Of a DNA stretch of 64,000 nt, positions 29,244 through 39,498 are shown one piece after another (position 1 is the first letter of the stretch; each line of letters begins with the position of its first letter). This DNA comes from an uncultured Alphaproteobacteria bacterium. Lineage in GTDB: Bacteria; Pseudomonadota; Alphaproteobacteria; RF32; CAG-239. The position numbers were made by a program, and so were the translations under genes. The stretch is taken from assembly GCA_944393725.1 (NCBI GenBank), contig CALYBC010000025.1, positions 1,232 to 65,231 on the forward strand, read 5' to 3'. Below the pieces are notes generated by a model. The model had not been told where the DNA came from. It worked only from the letters and a program-made list of their open reading frames with translations, and did no database searches.

Positions 29244-29641
29244 TTTTCAGACAACTTATCAAGCAAAAGATAAAAATCTCTCTTTTCTTGTGTATCATTT
29301 GTTTCCAAAGGTTCAGATTCCACAACAAAAATATCCCCTGTTGTCATTTTAGCAATATCAACAGCTATATTATCATCTAGTATCAACTCACCGTCGTCTG
29401 CAAATTTTTTTAGATTTGCCAGATAAACATCATATTTTTTCTTATAATCAGGTTTATTTATTTCTCTGTCGTATTCAATATACTTTTTACTATCCGGCAA
29501 CTTCTCCACTTTGTGCATTTTATCTGTTTCCGGAATAAAAAAATCAGGTTCTTTTAACTGGCGTACATACCTTGCCTCAGCTGATTGATAAAACAACAAT
29601 AAAAGCAATAACAACAAAATTTTTCGCATTTTTATAACCAT
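29240..29641 (-). CDS. Secreted hypothetical protein
   Basis: Signal peptide MRKILLLLLLLLFYQSAEA (start probably 29629). Confidence 0.65.
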   Translation of the reverse strand: MVIKMRKILLLLLLLLFYQSAEARYVRQLKEPDFFIPETDKMHKVEKLPDSKKYIEYDREINKPDYKKKYDVYLANLKKFADDGELILDDNIAVDIAKMTTGDIFVVESEPLETNDTQEKRDFYLLLDKLSEN

Positions 29642-29674
29642 AAATTAACAATTAACCTATAACAATATTTTATT

Positions 29675-30340
29675 ATGAAAAAGATTTTTTTTATATTAAC
29701 AAATTTATTTTTTTTAAGCCGCACAGTTTTTGCGGCAGATTGCTCATCATTGCAAATAAACCCCGAAATAGAATTAACCTCTTCTTTTGGTAAATTAACC
29801 GGAATATACGATAAAGATAAAGAAGAAATATCTGCATTGGCAGAACAATTAAACAGTATTGAACACGGACTTTTTGCATCTGGTTTATCAACCGTGAATA
29901 TAGATTTTGATATCTCACTTGAAGCCGAAGCGCTTCAAATCGACAAAACAACATATTGCATAATACCGGCAAAAATAAAATTATTTTTAGGTTTAACCAA
30001 CCCGACAATTTATCTTTCGCAAGAACTACAAGCCGAAAGTTGTGCATACAATATTGTTTTATATCATGAACAAGTCCATCACCAAATAAATGTTGCAACA
30101 CTTGAATATTATCTTCCTTTATTTAAAGACGCAGCCGAGAAACTATCAAAAAAAATAACCCCTATAAAGACAGATACTTTAAACAACAATAAAGAAAACA
30201 TTTCGCAAATGACTATAGAATTTAATCAAAATCTTATTCCGCTTGTAAACTACATAAAAAAAGAGATTATCAATCAACAAAAGCGACTGGATAATCCCAA
30301 AAACTACAAATTTGAAAGCAAACTTTGCCAAGACAACTAA
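29675..30340 (+). CDS. Secreted putative Zn-peptidase (DUF922-like)
   Basis: Signal peptide, CAYNIVLYHEQVH (HExxH), QQKRLD..Y near C-terminus. Confidence 0.65.
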   Translation: MKKIFFILTNLFFLSRTVFAADCSSLQINPEIELTSSFGKLTGIYDKDKEEISALAEQLNSIEHGLFASGLSTVNIDFDISLEAEALQIDKTTYCIIPAKIKLFLGLTNPTIYLSQELQAESCAYNIVLYHEQVHHQINVATLEYYLPLFKDAAEKLSKKITPIKTDTLNNNKENISQMTIEFNQNLIPLVNYIKKEIINQQKRLDNPKNYKFESKLCQDN

Positions 30341-31008
30341 GAAGCTTTTCCTTTTAAAACATCTTCCAAAAAGCTTTCTATCCCCTTGTAAGCATAATCA
30401 ATAAAAGTTTTATCTTTTGTAGAATTATTATGATAATAAATTCTAACTGTTGTCATACCGGCTTCTTTGGCAAACTCAAGATTAGAATAGCTGTCATCGA
30501 CGAACACGCAATCTTCTGGTTTCGCATTTATTTTTTTGCAAAATTCTTTATAAACATTTGCATTTTCATTTTTTTTATAAACACCAAAATCCTCCACCGA
30601 ATAATAGCGATTTTTAAAAAATTCATACAAACCGAGGTGCTTAAGAATTTTTTCCGAAGCATAACGATCGCTTGCTGTAAATACATATTGCTCTGCCGGA
30701 ACTTTTTCTATTTTTTCCAGCAAATTATCATAAGGAACAATCTTTTCCACCGGTTTTCTTTTATGATAAGCAATAAACAAGTCTTTTGGTTTTATATTGT
30801 AATTTTGATAAAAAATCTCTCCGCCGTCTCTATATATTTTATATGATTCCGTAACTAATTTTTTAGCTTTTTCAACATCCATATCAAGACCTAAATCATA
30901 AACCAAAGCCTCAGCCATAACGGTATCAAGAATATCGGCAAAATACTCTGTTTTATTATACAAAGTATCATCCAAATCATAAATAACAATATTTTTACCT
31001 AAAACCAC
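30337..31008 (-). CDS. HAD hydrolase, pyrimidine 5'-nucleotidase-like
   Basis: YDLDDTLY, FVDDSYSNLEFAKEAGMTTV. Confidence 0.85.
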   Translation of the reverse strand: MVLGKNIVIYDLDDTLYNKTEYFADILDTVMAEALVYDLGLDMDVEKAKKLVTESYKIYRDGGEIFYQNYNIKPKDLFIAYHKRKPVEKIVPYDNLLEKIEKVPAEQYVFTASDRYASEKILKHLGLYEFFKNRYYSVEDFGVYKKNENANVYKEFCKKINAKPEDCVFVDDSYSNLEFAKEAGMTTVRIYYHNNSTKDKTFIDYAYKGIESFLEDVLKGKAS

Positions 31009-31075
31009 ATCAGTACCCTTCTGTTAACACAAACAGCGGGATTTTAATTAAAAAATAGCTAAAAATCAAGAAGAA

Positions 31076-31765
31076 TCAAAGATTCCAAATTGGATTTTTT
31101 ACATTTTTTTCTAAAAATTGCTGATGCTGTTCTTCAAAATTTTCGTCAATACTAAAAACTCTCGGTTTTCTTAAATTATTACCTTTAACATCTTCTCTGA
31201 TAACATTAATTTTATTTTGTTGTTTTTTAGCATCCAATAACAAACTAGGCTCTTTTCCGCCAAGCAACTCTAGATAAACTTCTGACAAAAGCTGAGCATC
31301 AAGCAAAGCTCCGTGAAAAGTACGAGCACTATTATCAATCTCAAATCTTTTACACAATGCATCAAGACTGCATCTTGCACCCGGAAACATAGCTCTGGCA
31401 ATTTCCAAGGTATCAATACAATTATCCCAAGACATCTGTCTTTTATTAATTTGCTTTAGCTCATAATTAACAAAATTCATATCAAAAGAAGCATTGTGCG
31501 CCACCAACTTATCATCACCGATAAACTCCAACCATTTATCGGCCACTTTGTCAAAAGTTGGATAATCTTTTAAAATTTCATAAGTAAGACCATGCACCTT
31601 AACGGCATCTTCCGGAACTTCTCTTTCCGGATTTATATATTGGTGAAAAGTTTTACCGGTTGGTAGATGGTTAATAAGTTCAACCGCACCTATTTCTATA
31701 AGTCTATGCCCTTTTGCATATTCAAAGCCTGTAGTCTCAGTATCAAAAACAATTTCCCTAACCAT
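31076..31765 (-). CDS. dnaQ: DNA polymerase III epsilon subunit
   Basis: EIVFDTETTG, VAHNASFD, HGALLDAQLL. Confidence 0.96.
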   Translation of the reverse strand: MVREIVFDTETTGFEYAKGHRLIEIGAVELINHLPTGKTFHQYINPEREVPEDAVKVHGLTYEILKDYPTFDKVADKWLEFIGDDKLVAHNASFDMNFVNYELKQINKRQMSWDNCIDTLEIARAMFPGARCSLDALCKRFEIDNSARTFHGALLDAQLLSEVYLELLGGKEPSLLLDAKKQQNKINVIREDVKGNNLRKPRVFSIDENFEEQHQQFLEKNVKNPIWNL

Positions 31766-32349
31766 TAATTTTCTTCCAACGAATTTATAACATTGATTAA
31801 TTGCACCCTAAGAATATTAAAAGGCTTATTCGTGTTAATTACAATATCAGACAAATATTTTTTATAGCTATTGTTCATTTGTACATTATTTATTTTTTCA
31901 AAATCTTCTGCCGAAATATTATCTCTTTTCATAACGCGTTGTTTTTGGGTATTATAATCAACATCTGCCAATATTATTACATCGCAATATTTATCCCAAT
32001 TTTTTTCAAAAAGCAACGCAATATCCAAAAACGCCACATAATTATCTTTAGCTTTTTTATTTATAATTTTTTTTATTTTTGCATTAAGAATAGGGTATAT
32101 AATATCTTCTAACTTTTTTAATTTTTCTTTATCGGAAAATACTATATTTCTGAGATATTTCTTATCCGCAACACCGTTTTTAACACTTTTTGGAAACAAA
32201 TTTTCAAGCTTTATTAAAAAATCCTTATTATTATATATTTTTCTTACCCAAGCATCAACATCATACACGGCATACCCCAAACCTCTGACAATATTAGCCA
32301 AGGTAGTTTTTCCGCATCCTATTGAACCGGTAATAGCAACAAGCTTCAT
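31765..32349 (-). CDS. coaE: Dephospho-CoA kinase
   Basis: AITGSIGCGKTT, DIALLFE, RVMKRD; coupled to dnaQ. Confidence 0.92.
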   Translation of the reverse strand: MKLVAITGSIGCGKTTLANIVRGLGYAVYDVDAWVRKIYNNKDFLIKLENLFPKSVKNGVADKKYLRNIVFSDKEKLKKLEDIIYPILNAKIKKIINKKAKDNYVAFLDIALLFEKNWDKYCDVIILADVDYNTQKQRVMKRDNISAEDFEKINNVQMNNSYKKYLSDIVINTNKPFNILRVQLINVINSLEEN

Positions 32350-32547
32350 TTTTTACCACCAATCAATAAGTTAAGTAATTTTTGCACAATTAGCGGTTTT
32401 TCTGTGTATAAATCAAGCAAACCACGCTAAGCAGTTTAACTTATTCTCATAATATTAAATTTAATTTTACCACTTATAAACAAGAGATTTATTTATAAAA
32501 ACCATGTTGATATTTTTAATTATCAACAGCAGTTAAAAAAACAATTA

Positions 32548-32593
32548 TTAACGAAATATTAACGATGATTCAAAATATTAAAAAAAGGTTAAC
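32548..32593 (+). promoter_or_regulatory. Two tandem perfect CtrA boxes (TTAA-N7-TTAAC)
   Basis: TTAAcgaaataTTAAC 32548-32563 and TTAAaaaaaggTTAAC 32578-32593, with GATTC between them. Confidence 0.7.
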
Positions 32594-32743
32594 ATTTGGA
32601 TTCTATCAAATTATCAACAATTAAAAAATCTGTGTATATTTCTGTAAACAAAAATTTAATCCACAAGACTCACAATGATATACAAATAACAACAATATTT
32701 TTTAAATATATTGATAGGGAAGGCAGGGTGTTGATAAAATAAA

Positions 32744-32773
32744 TTGACAAACAAACAAAAAACAATATATAAA
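32744..32773 (+). promoter_or_regulatory. sigma70-type promoter of rho
   Basis: TTGACA 32744-32749, TATAAA 32768-32773. Confidence 0.6.
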
Positions 32774-32829
32774 AGCAGAGTAATCAGATATTCACTTTTC
32801 TTACTAAATTTCCCAAAACAAAGGTAAAC

Positions 32830-34083
32830 ATGAATTTAAAAGATTTAAAACAGAAATCTCCTGCTGAGCTATTAGCTCAAGCCGAAGAACTAGGCATTGA
32901 TGATGCTTCTTCAATGCGTAAACAAGACTTAATGTTTGGTATATTAAAAAAAATAGTTGGTGAAGATGAAGCTATAACCGGTGAAGGAACCATTGAGGTA
33001 ATGCCTGACGGTTTTGGATTTTTAAGATCATCTGAATCAAATTATTTAGCCGGACCTGATGATATATATGTATCCCCTTCTCAAGTAAAAAGATTTGGTT
33101 TAAGAACCGGAGATACGGTTGAAGGTGAAATCAGAGCTCCCAAAGAAAATGAAAAATATTTTGCCTTGGTAAAAGTAGATAGAATAAACTTTGATGATCC
33201 GGAAAAATCAAAATTAAGGGTTAATTTTGATAACTTGACTCCATTATATCCGACAGAAAAATTAAATTTTGACATTATATGCGGTGACAAAGATTATACT
33301 ACCAGAGTAATAGATTTAATCGCACCGCAAGGCAAAGGTCAAAGAGGTCTGATTGTAGCACCTCCGAGAACTGGTAAGACCGTAATGTTGCAAAATATAG
33401 CACATGCAATCGCAACCAATCATCCTGAATGTTACTTAATGGTATTATTGATAGATGAACGCCCCGAAGAAGTTACCGATATGACGCGTTCGGTTAAAGG
33501 CGAGGTTATATCATCAACCTTTGATGAACCTGCTTCAAGACATGTTCAAGTAGCCGAGATGGTTATAGAAAAAGCTAAAAGATTGGTCGAAAACAAAAAA
33601 GATGTTGTTATTTTACTGGATTCCATTACTCGTTTAGGCCGTGCTTATAATACGGTAATTCCATCATCTGGTAAAGTTTTAACCGGTGGTGTTGATGCCA
33701 ATGCTTTACAAAGACCAAAAAGACTTTTAGGTGCAGCCAGAAATGTAGAAGAAGGCGGATCTCTGACTATTATAGCCACTGCTTTGATTGATACCGGATC
33801 AAGAATGGATGAAGTAATTTTCGAAGAATTTAAAGGTACCGGTAACTCAGAAATAATTTTGGATAGAAAATTAACCGATAAGAGATTATTCCCGACCATT
33901 GATATAACTCGTTCCGGAACTCGTAAAGAGGAACTTTTGGTTGATAGAGATACATTAACCAAGATGTGGGTACTGCGTCGTGTATTAATGCAAATGGGCA
34001 TGACAGATGGTATGGAATTCTTGCTTGATAAATTAAGAGTAAGCAAAGATAACAAAGATTTCTTTGCTAATATGAATTCTTAA
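32830..34083 (+). CDS. rho: Transcription termination factor Rho
   Basis: [46 protein letters not shown]. Confidence 0.98.
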   Translation: MNLKDLKQKSPAELLAQAEELGIDDASSMRKQDLMFGILKKIVGEDEAITGEGTIEVMPDGFGFLRSSESNYLAGPDDIYVSPSQVKRFGLRTGDTVEGEIRAPKENEKYFALVKVDRINFDDPEKSKLRVNFDNLTPLYPTEKLNFDIICGDKDYTTRVIDLIAPQGKGQRGLIVAPPRTGKTVMLQNIAHAIATNHPECYLMVLLIDERPEEVTDMTRSVKGEVISSTFDEPASRHVQVAEMVIEKAKRLVENKKDVVILLDSITRLGRAYNTVIPSSGKVLTGGVDANALQRPKRLLGAARNVEEGGSLTIIATALIDTGSRMDEVIFEEFKGTGNSEIILDRKLTDKRLFPTIDITRSGTRKEELLVDRDTLTKMWVLRRVLMQMGMTDGMEFLLDKLRVSKDNKDFFANMNS

Positions 34084-34088
34084 AAATA

Positions 34089-34126
34089 AAAAATAAGTTT
34101 CTTTCTTGCGAAAGAAACTTATTTTT
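34089..34126. terminator. Bidirectional terminator after rho
   Basis: AAAAATAAGTTTCTTTC-ttgc-GAAAGAAACTTATTTTT. Confidence 0.85.
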
Positions 34127-34590
34127 TAGTAACATACAAAGTAGAAAAAATAGAACAATAAAAGAAAAACAACAGGTGAGATAATCCTATTCTTATAAAA
34201 TTTCTTATATTCTCCTACAACTTCCCCTTCATCGGTTATTGTTCCGTCCCAGTCAGTCACCGATTCAAAATCATTAAACCCTAAAAAACTACCTATCCTT
34301 GGGGCATACATAAAAATTTCAATAACCAAGAATGTGGTTATAAATGATAAAAAAATGTTTATACCGCAAAGATATAAATACAAATCGGCAGACAACAAAG
34401 ACCACATTAGTCTGATATTTACAGGTTTTAATTTTATTAAAGTGTACCTTTGACCAATAAAAATGGTTGCAAATACAATAGCACTGAATATTTTTACATC
34501 CAGTCTCTCTATAAAAAACAAACCTGCTAACCAAGCGGCAACAAAAATCACTATTAAAGTGATTAACAAAATAAAATTTTTCTTTTTCAT
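34126..34590 (-). CDS. Hypothetical membrane protein
   Basis: Several hydrophobic helices, very AT-rich ORF. Confidence 0.6.
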   Translation of the reverse strand: MKKKNFILLITLIVIFVAAWLAGLFFIERLDVKIFSAIVFATIFIGQRYTLIKLKPVNIRLMWSLLSADLYLYLCGINIFLSFITTFLVIEIFMYAPRIGSFLGFNDFESVTDWDGTITDEGEVVGEYKKFYKNRIISPVVFLLLFYFFYFVCY

Positions 34591-34674
34591 AAGTAAAAAA
34601 TTTAAAATTAGACAATTAATAATATTTAATTATAAGTGTATTATTAGAAAAATTTTTATTTTTTTCAAGAAATT

Positions 34675-35331
34675 TTATATTTTTGATAAAATAAAGTTTT
34701 TAACATCAATCATATTATCAAAAATATTTTGAATATTAAGTTTTCTGATTTCATTTATGTATTGCGGCGTACTATATTTTACAAAAGCAACAACATTCAT
34801 TTTAGCCTTTTGAGCGGCAATAATTCCGGGGATTGAATCTTCGACAACTACACAATCTGATGAATTAAAACCAAGAGTATCGGCAGCCAACAAAAAGATA
34901 TCAGGTTCAGGTTTTCCGTACTTAACCAAATCAACCGTAAAAACCTTTTCCGGCGGAAAATATTTTTCAATACCGACTTGTTTAATTTTCAATTCGGTTT
35001 TAGCAAAAGTGCCTCCGGTGGCAATGCATTGTTCAAAATCGTTTATTTTAAAAATTTCTTCAATACCGTCGGTTAAAGCAACACCTTGTTTTAATTTTTG
35101 CATATCAAGCCTAAGAGCTTCATTCCAAAAATCATCAGATATGTTAATTCCCATTTTTAGCAATACGGCTTTTTTATCTTTATCGCTAAGACCGCCGATA
35201 TTTTTATTTGCGGTTTCAAAATTCCAATTGAGGTTAAAATATTTATTGAGCAGGTCCATTCTTGATAAGACCCATAACTTTTCTGTATCGGCAATTACAC
35301 CGTCAAAATCCCAAATTATTAATTTTTTCAT
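34675..35331 (-). CDS. HAD-IA family phosphatase
   Basis: WDFDGVIADTE, GKPEPDIFL, VVEDSIPGI. Confidence 0.9.
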   Translation of the reverse strand: MKKLIIWDFDGVIADTEKLWVLSRMDLLNKYFNLNWNFETANKNIGGLSDKDKKAVLLKMGINISDDFWNEALRLDMQKLKQGVALTDGIEEIFKINDFEQCIATGGTFAKTELKIKQVGIEKYFPPEKVFTVDLVKYGKPEPDIFLLAADTLGFNSSDCVVVEDSIPGIIAAQKAKMNVVAFVKYSTPQYINEIRKLNIQNIFDNMIDVKNFILSKI

Positions 35332-35521
35332 TTTTACCCCAAAAAAATCGATTAATTCTAAAGGCCGTACGGAGGTTTTTCGATTAGTCTACGATACTTT
35401 TATTAAAAAAACATAAATCATCTCTCAGAAGTCAAAAAAACGGCTTTTTTTTGGAGTCGTTTTTAAAACTTGCTTTAATAAAACAATCTCGTTATAAAAA
35501 AGCAATAAAAGGAGAGAAAAA

Positions 35522-36865
35522 GTGACAAACCAAACTATTTATGCCTTATCGACGGTTTACGGAAAATCTGGTGTTGCCGTAATCAGAATTTCCGGAGCCG
35601 AAGCACTAAAAGCAGTTGAACTGATGACCGATATTGATATAAAAAACATCAAACCGCGTTATGCTTATTTTTCAAAATTGCATAATTTGGATAGAACCGA
35701 AAATTTGGATGAGAGTTTGGTTTTGTATTTTAAGGCTCCTAATTCTTTTACCGGAGAAGACATTGTTGAATTTCAAACTCATGGTTCCAAGGCTGTAATA
35801 AGTTCGGTTATGAATTGTTTGTCGCAAATTGAAGGTTTTCGTATGGCCGAACCGGGAGAATATTCCAAACGCGCTTTTTATAATGGTAAAATGGATTTAA
35901 CCGAAGCAGAGGGTTTGGCTGATTTAATAGATTCCGAAACTTCAGAACAACAAAAATATGCTATGCGGCAGATGGAAGGCGGATTAAAGAATTTATACGA
36001 AAATTGGCGTTCCGAACTGGTAAAGATATTATCTCATTTGGAGGCATATATAGATTTTCCCGATGAAGACATTCCTTCTTCGGTAATAGATAATATGAAT
36101 AACACTGTATTTAAACTAGAAAATAGCATAAAAGAACATTTGAACAGTGATTCTATAGGAGAAAGATTACGCGAAGGTTTCAGAGTGGTAATTGTCGGAG
36201 CCCCCAATGCCGGCAAATCAAGTTTATTAAATGCCATAGTAAAAAGAGACGCGGTTATAGTTTCTGATATTGCCGGTACTACGCGCGATGCCATAGATGT
36301 CCATTTAGATTTGAACGGTTATCCGGTAATGTTTACCGATACGGCAGGTTTAAGAGAAACCGAAGAGGAAATAGAAAAGAAAGGTATAGACATAGCTTAT
36401 GGCAAAATCCATGATGCAGACTTAGTAATATGTTTATTTGATGCTTCATCAGACACGGTTCAAGTGTTTGATAAAATAAGAGATTCGTTAAAAGGTAAGG
36501 CTATTTTTGTTGCTAATAAGAGTGATAAAATATCTTCGGAACAATGTTCAGAATTGGAAAAAGCGGGCTATTTGGTAATCTCTGCCAAACAAAAACAAGG
36601 AGTTGATAAGGTTTTACAGTCGATAACGCAAAATATCAAAGATCGTTTTACTTCAAACTCCAATCTTTTGATTACCAGAAACCGCTATCGCGAAGCCTTA
36701 AAAGATGTTTTGGAAAATCTGCAGAACTTCGGTTTTGACAAAGAGATTGAGTTGACGGCGGAAGATGTCCGTCTTGCCGCTCGAGCCTTAGGAAAAATCA
36801 CCGGTAGGATAGAAGTTGACGAGATTTTAGATAAAATATTCGGTGATTTTTGTATTGGAAAATAA
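35522..36865 (+). CDS. mnmE: tRNA modification GTPase MnmE
   Basis: GVAVIRISG, SFTGED, GAPNAGKSS, GTTRD, DTAG, terminal FCIGK. Confidence 0.97.
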   Translation: MTNQTIYALSTVYGKSGVAVIRISGAEALKAVELMTDIDIKNIKPRYAYFSKLHNLDRTENLDESLVLYFKAPNSFTGEDIVEFQTHGSKAVISSVMNCLSQIEGFRMAEPGEYSKRAFYNGKMDLTEAEGLADLIDSETSEQQKYAMRQMEGGLKNLYENWRSELVKILSHLEAYIDFPDEDIPSSVIDNMNNTVFKLENSIKEHLNSDSIGERLREGFRVVIVGAPNAGKSSLLNAIVKRDAVIVSDIAGTTRDAIDVHLDLNGYPVMFTDTAGLRETEEEIEKKGIDIAYGKIHDADLVICLFDASSDTVQVFDKIRDSLKGKAIFVANKSDKISSEQCSELEKAGYLVISAKQKQGVDKVLQSITQNIKDRFTSNSNLLITRNRYREALKDVLENLQNFGFDKEIELTAEDVRLAARALGKITGRIEVDEILDKIFGDFCIGK

Positions 36866-36883
36866 AAGTTTGTTAAATTTTGT

Positions 36884-36914
36884 AAAAAGGGTGTTCTGGT
36901 GACGCTCTTTTTTT
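36884..36914 (+). terminator. Terminator-like hairpin between mnmE and mnmG
   Basis: AAAAAGGGTGTT-ctggt-GACGCTCTTTTTTT. Confidence 0.6.
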
Positions 36915-36992
36915 ATGCCTTTTATTGATTTATAAATTTTTTTGATTATAATGCCGGCAAGATTTAGGTAAAATTTTTTAAGGCCTTATAAA

Positions 36993-38837
36993 ATGAAAGA
37001 TTTTTACGATGTAATAGTTATCGGCGGCGGACACGCCGGATGCGAAGCTGCGGCGGCATCAGCTCGCATGGGAGCAGAGACGGCACTTGTAACCCATAAA
37101 TTTGAAACAATAGGTGAAATGTCATGCAATCCGGCAATCGGCGGATTAGGCAAAGGACATTTGGTCAGAGAAATAGATGCTCTTGACGGTTTGATGGGCA
37201 GAGTAATTGATAGGGCCGGTATACAGTTTCGCATGCTCAATGCATCTAAAGGACCGGCGGTAAGAGGTCCCAGAGCTCAGGCTGATCGCGAATTGTATAA
37301 AAAATATATGCAAGAAGCTTTATCAGAACAAAAAAATCTTGATATAATTGAGGCAGCGGCAGAAGGTTTAATTTTTGCCGAAGACAAAGTTTGCGGAATT
37401 ATTTTGGCCGATAATAGCGAGATAAAAGCCAAAGCAGTAGTTCTCACCACCGGAACATTCCTCAACGGCGTAATGTTTACCGGACACGAAGCAACCGTTG
37501 GCGGCAGAGTTGGAGAAGTTTCTTGCGGAGGCATAACACCGTATTTAAAGCAAAAAGGGCTAAAAGTCGGTCGTCTCAAAACCGGCACCCCTGCCAGACT
37601 TGACGGCAAAACCATAAATTGGGATATATTAGAAAGACAAGACGGAGATGAAGTACCCTGCCCTTTTTCTTTTTTAACCACCGAGATTACAACACCGCAA
37701 ATAAGTTGTTATATAACTCATACCAATGAGAAAACACACAAAATAATCCGCGATAATTTTTCAAAATGTGCGCTGTTTTCCGGCTTGATAACCGGTATTG
37801 GGCCGAGGTATTGTCCCAGTATTGAAGATAAATTAGTAAAATTTGCCGACCGTACCAGCCACCAAATTTTCTTGGAGCCTGAAGGATTAAATACCGATGT
37901 TGTCTATCCTAACGGAATATCAACCTCTTTGCCGGCAGATGTACAAGATGCTTTTATACACACCATAAGAGGTTTGGAAAATGTCAAGATTTTACGTCCG
38001 GCCTATGCTATTGAATACGACTATGTCGATCCCAAAGAATTAAATCATTGTTTGGAAACCAAAAAGATTTCCGGATTATTTTTAGCCGGTCAGATTAACG
38101 GTACTACCGGCTACGAAGAAGCCGCAGCTCAAGGTTTATTAGCCGGTATCAATGCAGCTCTCAAAGCCAAAGACGGCGGAGAATTTGTTATTGACCGAAG
38201 TGAAGCCTACATTGGAGTAATGGTAGATGATTTAATCACCAAGGGTGTCGATGAACCATATCGTATGTTTACTTCGCGTTCGGAGTATCGATTATTTTTG
38301 CGTTCGGACAATGCCGACATGCGGCTAACCGAAAAAGGTTATGAAATAGGTTGTGTTTCAAAATCAAGATACAGTGTATTTAAAGCTAAAAAACAAGCCG
38401 TTTCCGTTTTCAAAAAGTTTAGTGAAGAAACTTTGGTAAGCTACGATGTTCTGGAAGATAACAATATAAATGTTAAGAGGGATGGCAGTAAACGCACCTT
38501 ATTTAATATTCTTTCATATAACGATGTTTCACATGAAACAATATGTAAAATGTTTCCTGAAGTTGCCAAAATTCCTCTGGATGTATATGAACAAGTTGAA
38601 ATAGAAGCCAGATATTCCGGCTACATAAAAAGACAACTTGCGGATATTGAAGTCTTCAAAAAAGACGAGAATTTGAGAATAAGAGAAGATATAGATTATA
38701 CCAAAATCGGCGGACTTTCACGCGAGATGACAAGCAAGCTGTCAGCTGTCCGTCCGGCAACCATAGGTGAAGCCTCTCGCATTCCGGGAGTAACTCCGGC
38801 AGCTATCACCGCACTTTTAGGATACATCAAAAAATGA
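36993..38837 (+). CDS. mnmG: tRNA uridine modification enzyme MnmG (GidA)
   Basis: [47 protein letters not shown]. Confidence 0.98.
   Translation: MKDFYDVIVIGGGHAGCEAAAASARMGAETALVTHKFETIGEMSCNPAIGGLGKGHLVREIDALDGLMGRVIDRAGIQFRMLNASKGPAVRGPRAQADRELYKKYMQEALSEQKNLDIIEAAAEGLIFAEDKVCGIILADNSEIKAKAVVLTTGTFLNGVMFTGHEATVGGRVGEVSCGGITPYLKQKGLKVGRLKTGTPARLDGKTINWDILERQDGDEVPCPFSFLTTEITTPQISCYITHTNEKTHKIIRDNFSKCALFSGLITGIGPRYCPSIEDKLVKFADRTSHQIFLEPEGLNTDVVYPNGISTSLPADVQDAFIHTIRGLENVKILRPAYAIEYDYVDPKELNHCLETKKISGLFLAGQINGTTGYEEAAAQGLLAGINAALKAKDGGEFVIDRSEAYIGVMVDDLITKGVDEPYRMFTSRSEYRLFLRSDNADMRLTEKGYEIGCVSKSRYSVFKAKKQAVSVFKKFSEETLVSYDVLEDNNINVKRDGSKRTLFNILSYNDVSHETICKMFPEVAKIPLDVYEQVEIEARYSGYIKRQLADIEVFKKDENLRIREDIDYTKIGGLSREMTSKLSAVRPATIGEASRIPGVTPAAITALLGYIKK
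38525..38540. promoter_or_regulatory. parS: parS site within mnmG
   Basis: TGTTTCACATGAAACA, one mismatch to TGTTTCACGTGAAACA. Confidence 0.8.
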
Positions 38838-39439
38838 GTTACCCAGACATAACAACAGCCATCTCACTGTGGCAAGAAAGCATAAGCGGAAACTGTTCAT
38901 GGAACAAAGAAAAAAGCAGAGAATATATATATCACACAAACGGAGTTGGAGATGCCGCCTTTAAAATAGCGGAGCACTGTGGCATGAATAGCGAAAAAGC
39001 CTATGCTTTAGGATTGTTACATGATTATGGTAAAATTCAAAACGAAAAAGAGAGTGGTATTGCACATTTTATATATGGCTATAACGAAATGTTAAAAAAA
39101 GGATGGGATGAAGTAGCTAAAATTTGTATTACTCACTCTTTTCCCAACCAACATATCGATTTTGCCAGATATCCCAAGTATAACCAAAAAGATTTACAAT
39201 CTGCTCAAGATATAATATCAACCGTGCAATATGATGATTATGACCGTCTTGTTCAGCTTTGCGATATGTTTTTTGAGGGCACAAAAAAGATGTCTATTAC
39301 ACAGCGCATAGCAGGAATTCAACTGAGATACAATCTTCGAAAAACGCAAACAGATGAACTTGAAAAATATGCTCTCGCCAACAAAAAATATTTTGATGAA
39401 AAATGCGGCTGCGATATTTATAAAATTTTAGACATGTAA
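38834..39439 (+). CDS. HD-domain phosphohydrolase
   Basis: [24 protein letters not shown]; ATGA overlap with mnmG stop. Confidence 0.85.
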   Translation: MSYPDITTAISLWQESISGNCSWNKEKSREYIYHTNGVGDAAFKIAEHCGMNSEKAYALGLLHDYGKIQNEKESGIAHFIYGYNEMLKKGWDEVAKICITHSFPNQHIDFARYPKYNQKDLQSAQDIISTVQYDDYDRLVQLCDMFFEGTKKMSITQRIAGIQLRYNLRKTQTDELEKYALANKKYFDEKCGCDIYKILDM

Positions 39440-39498
39440 AGAAAATATTAAACAAAAGCTCATAATATCTCCCATTGTTAAATAATGAGAGAATATAC

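Larger units (their letters stand above)
32350..32829. other. oriC: Putative chromosomal replication origin (oriC)
   Basis: 480-bp very AT-rich divergent gap; DnaA-like boxes TTTTGCACA 32380, TGTGTATAA 32403, TTATCAACA 32520 and 32611, TGTGTATAT 32631, TAATCCACA 32657, TGTTGATAA 32729; alphaproteobacterial origin synteny (coaE-dnaQ | rho-mnmEG-parAB); gene orientation switches here. Confidence 0.82.

Noticed and set aside
38714-38729. Possible third parS (CTTTCACGCGAGAT) in mnmG
   Set aside because: Too many mismatches; explained by conserved GLSRE coding.
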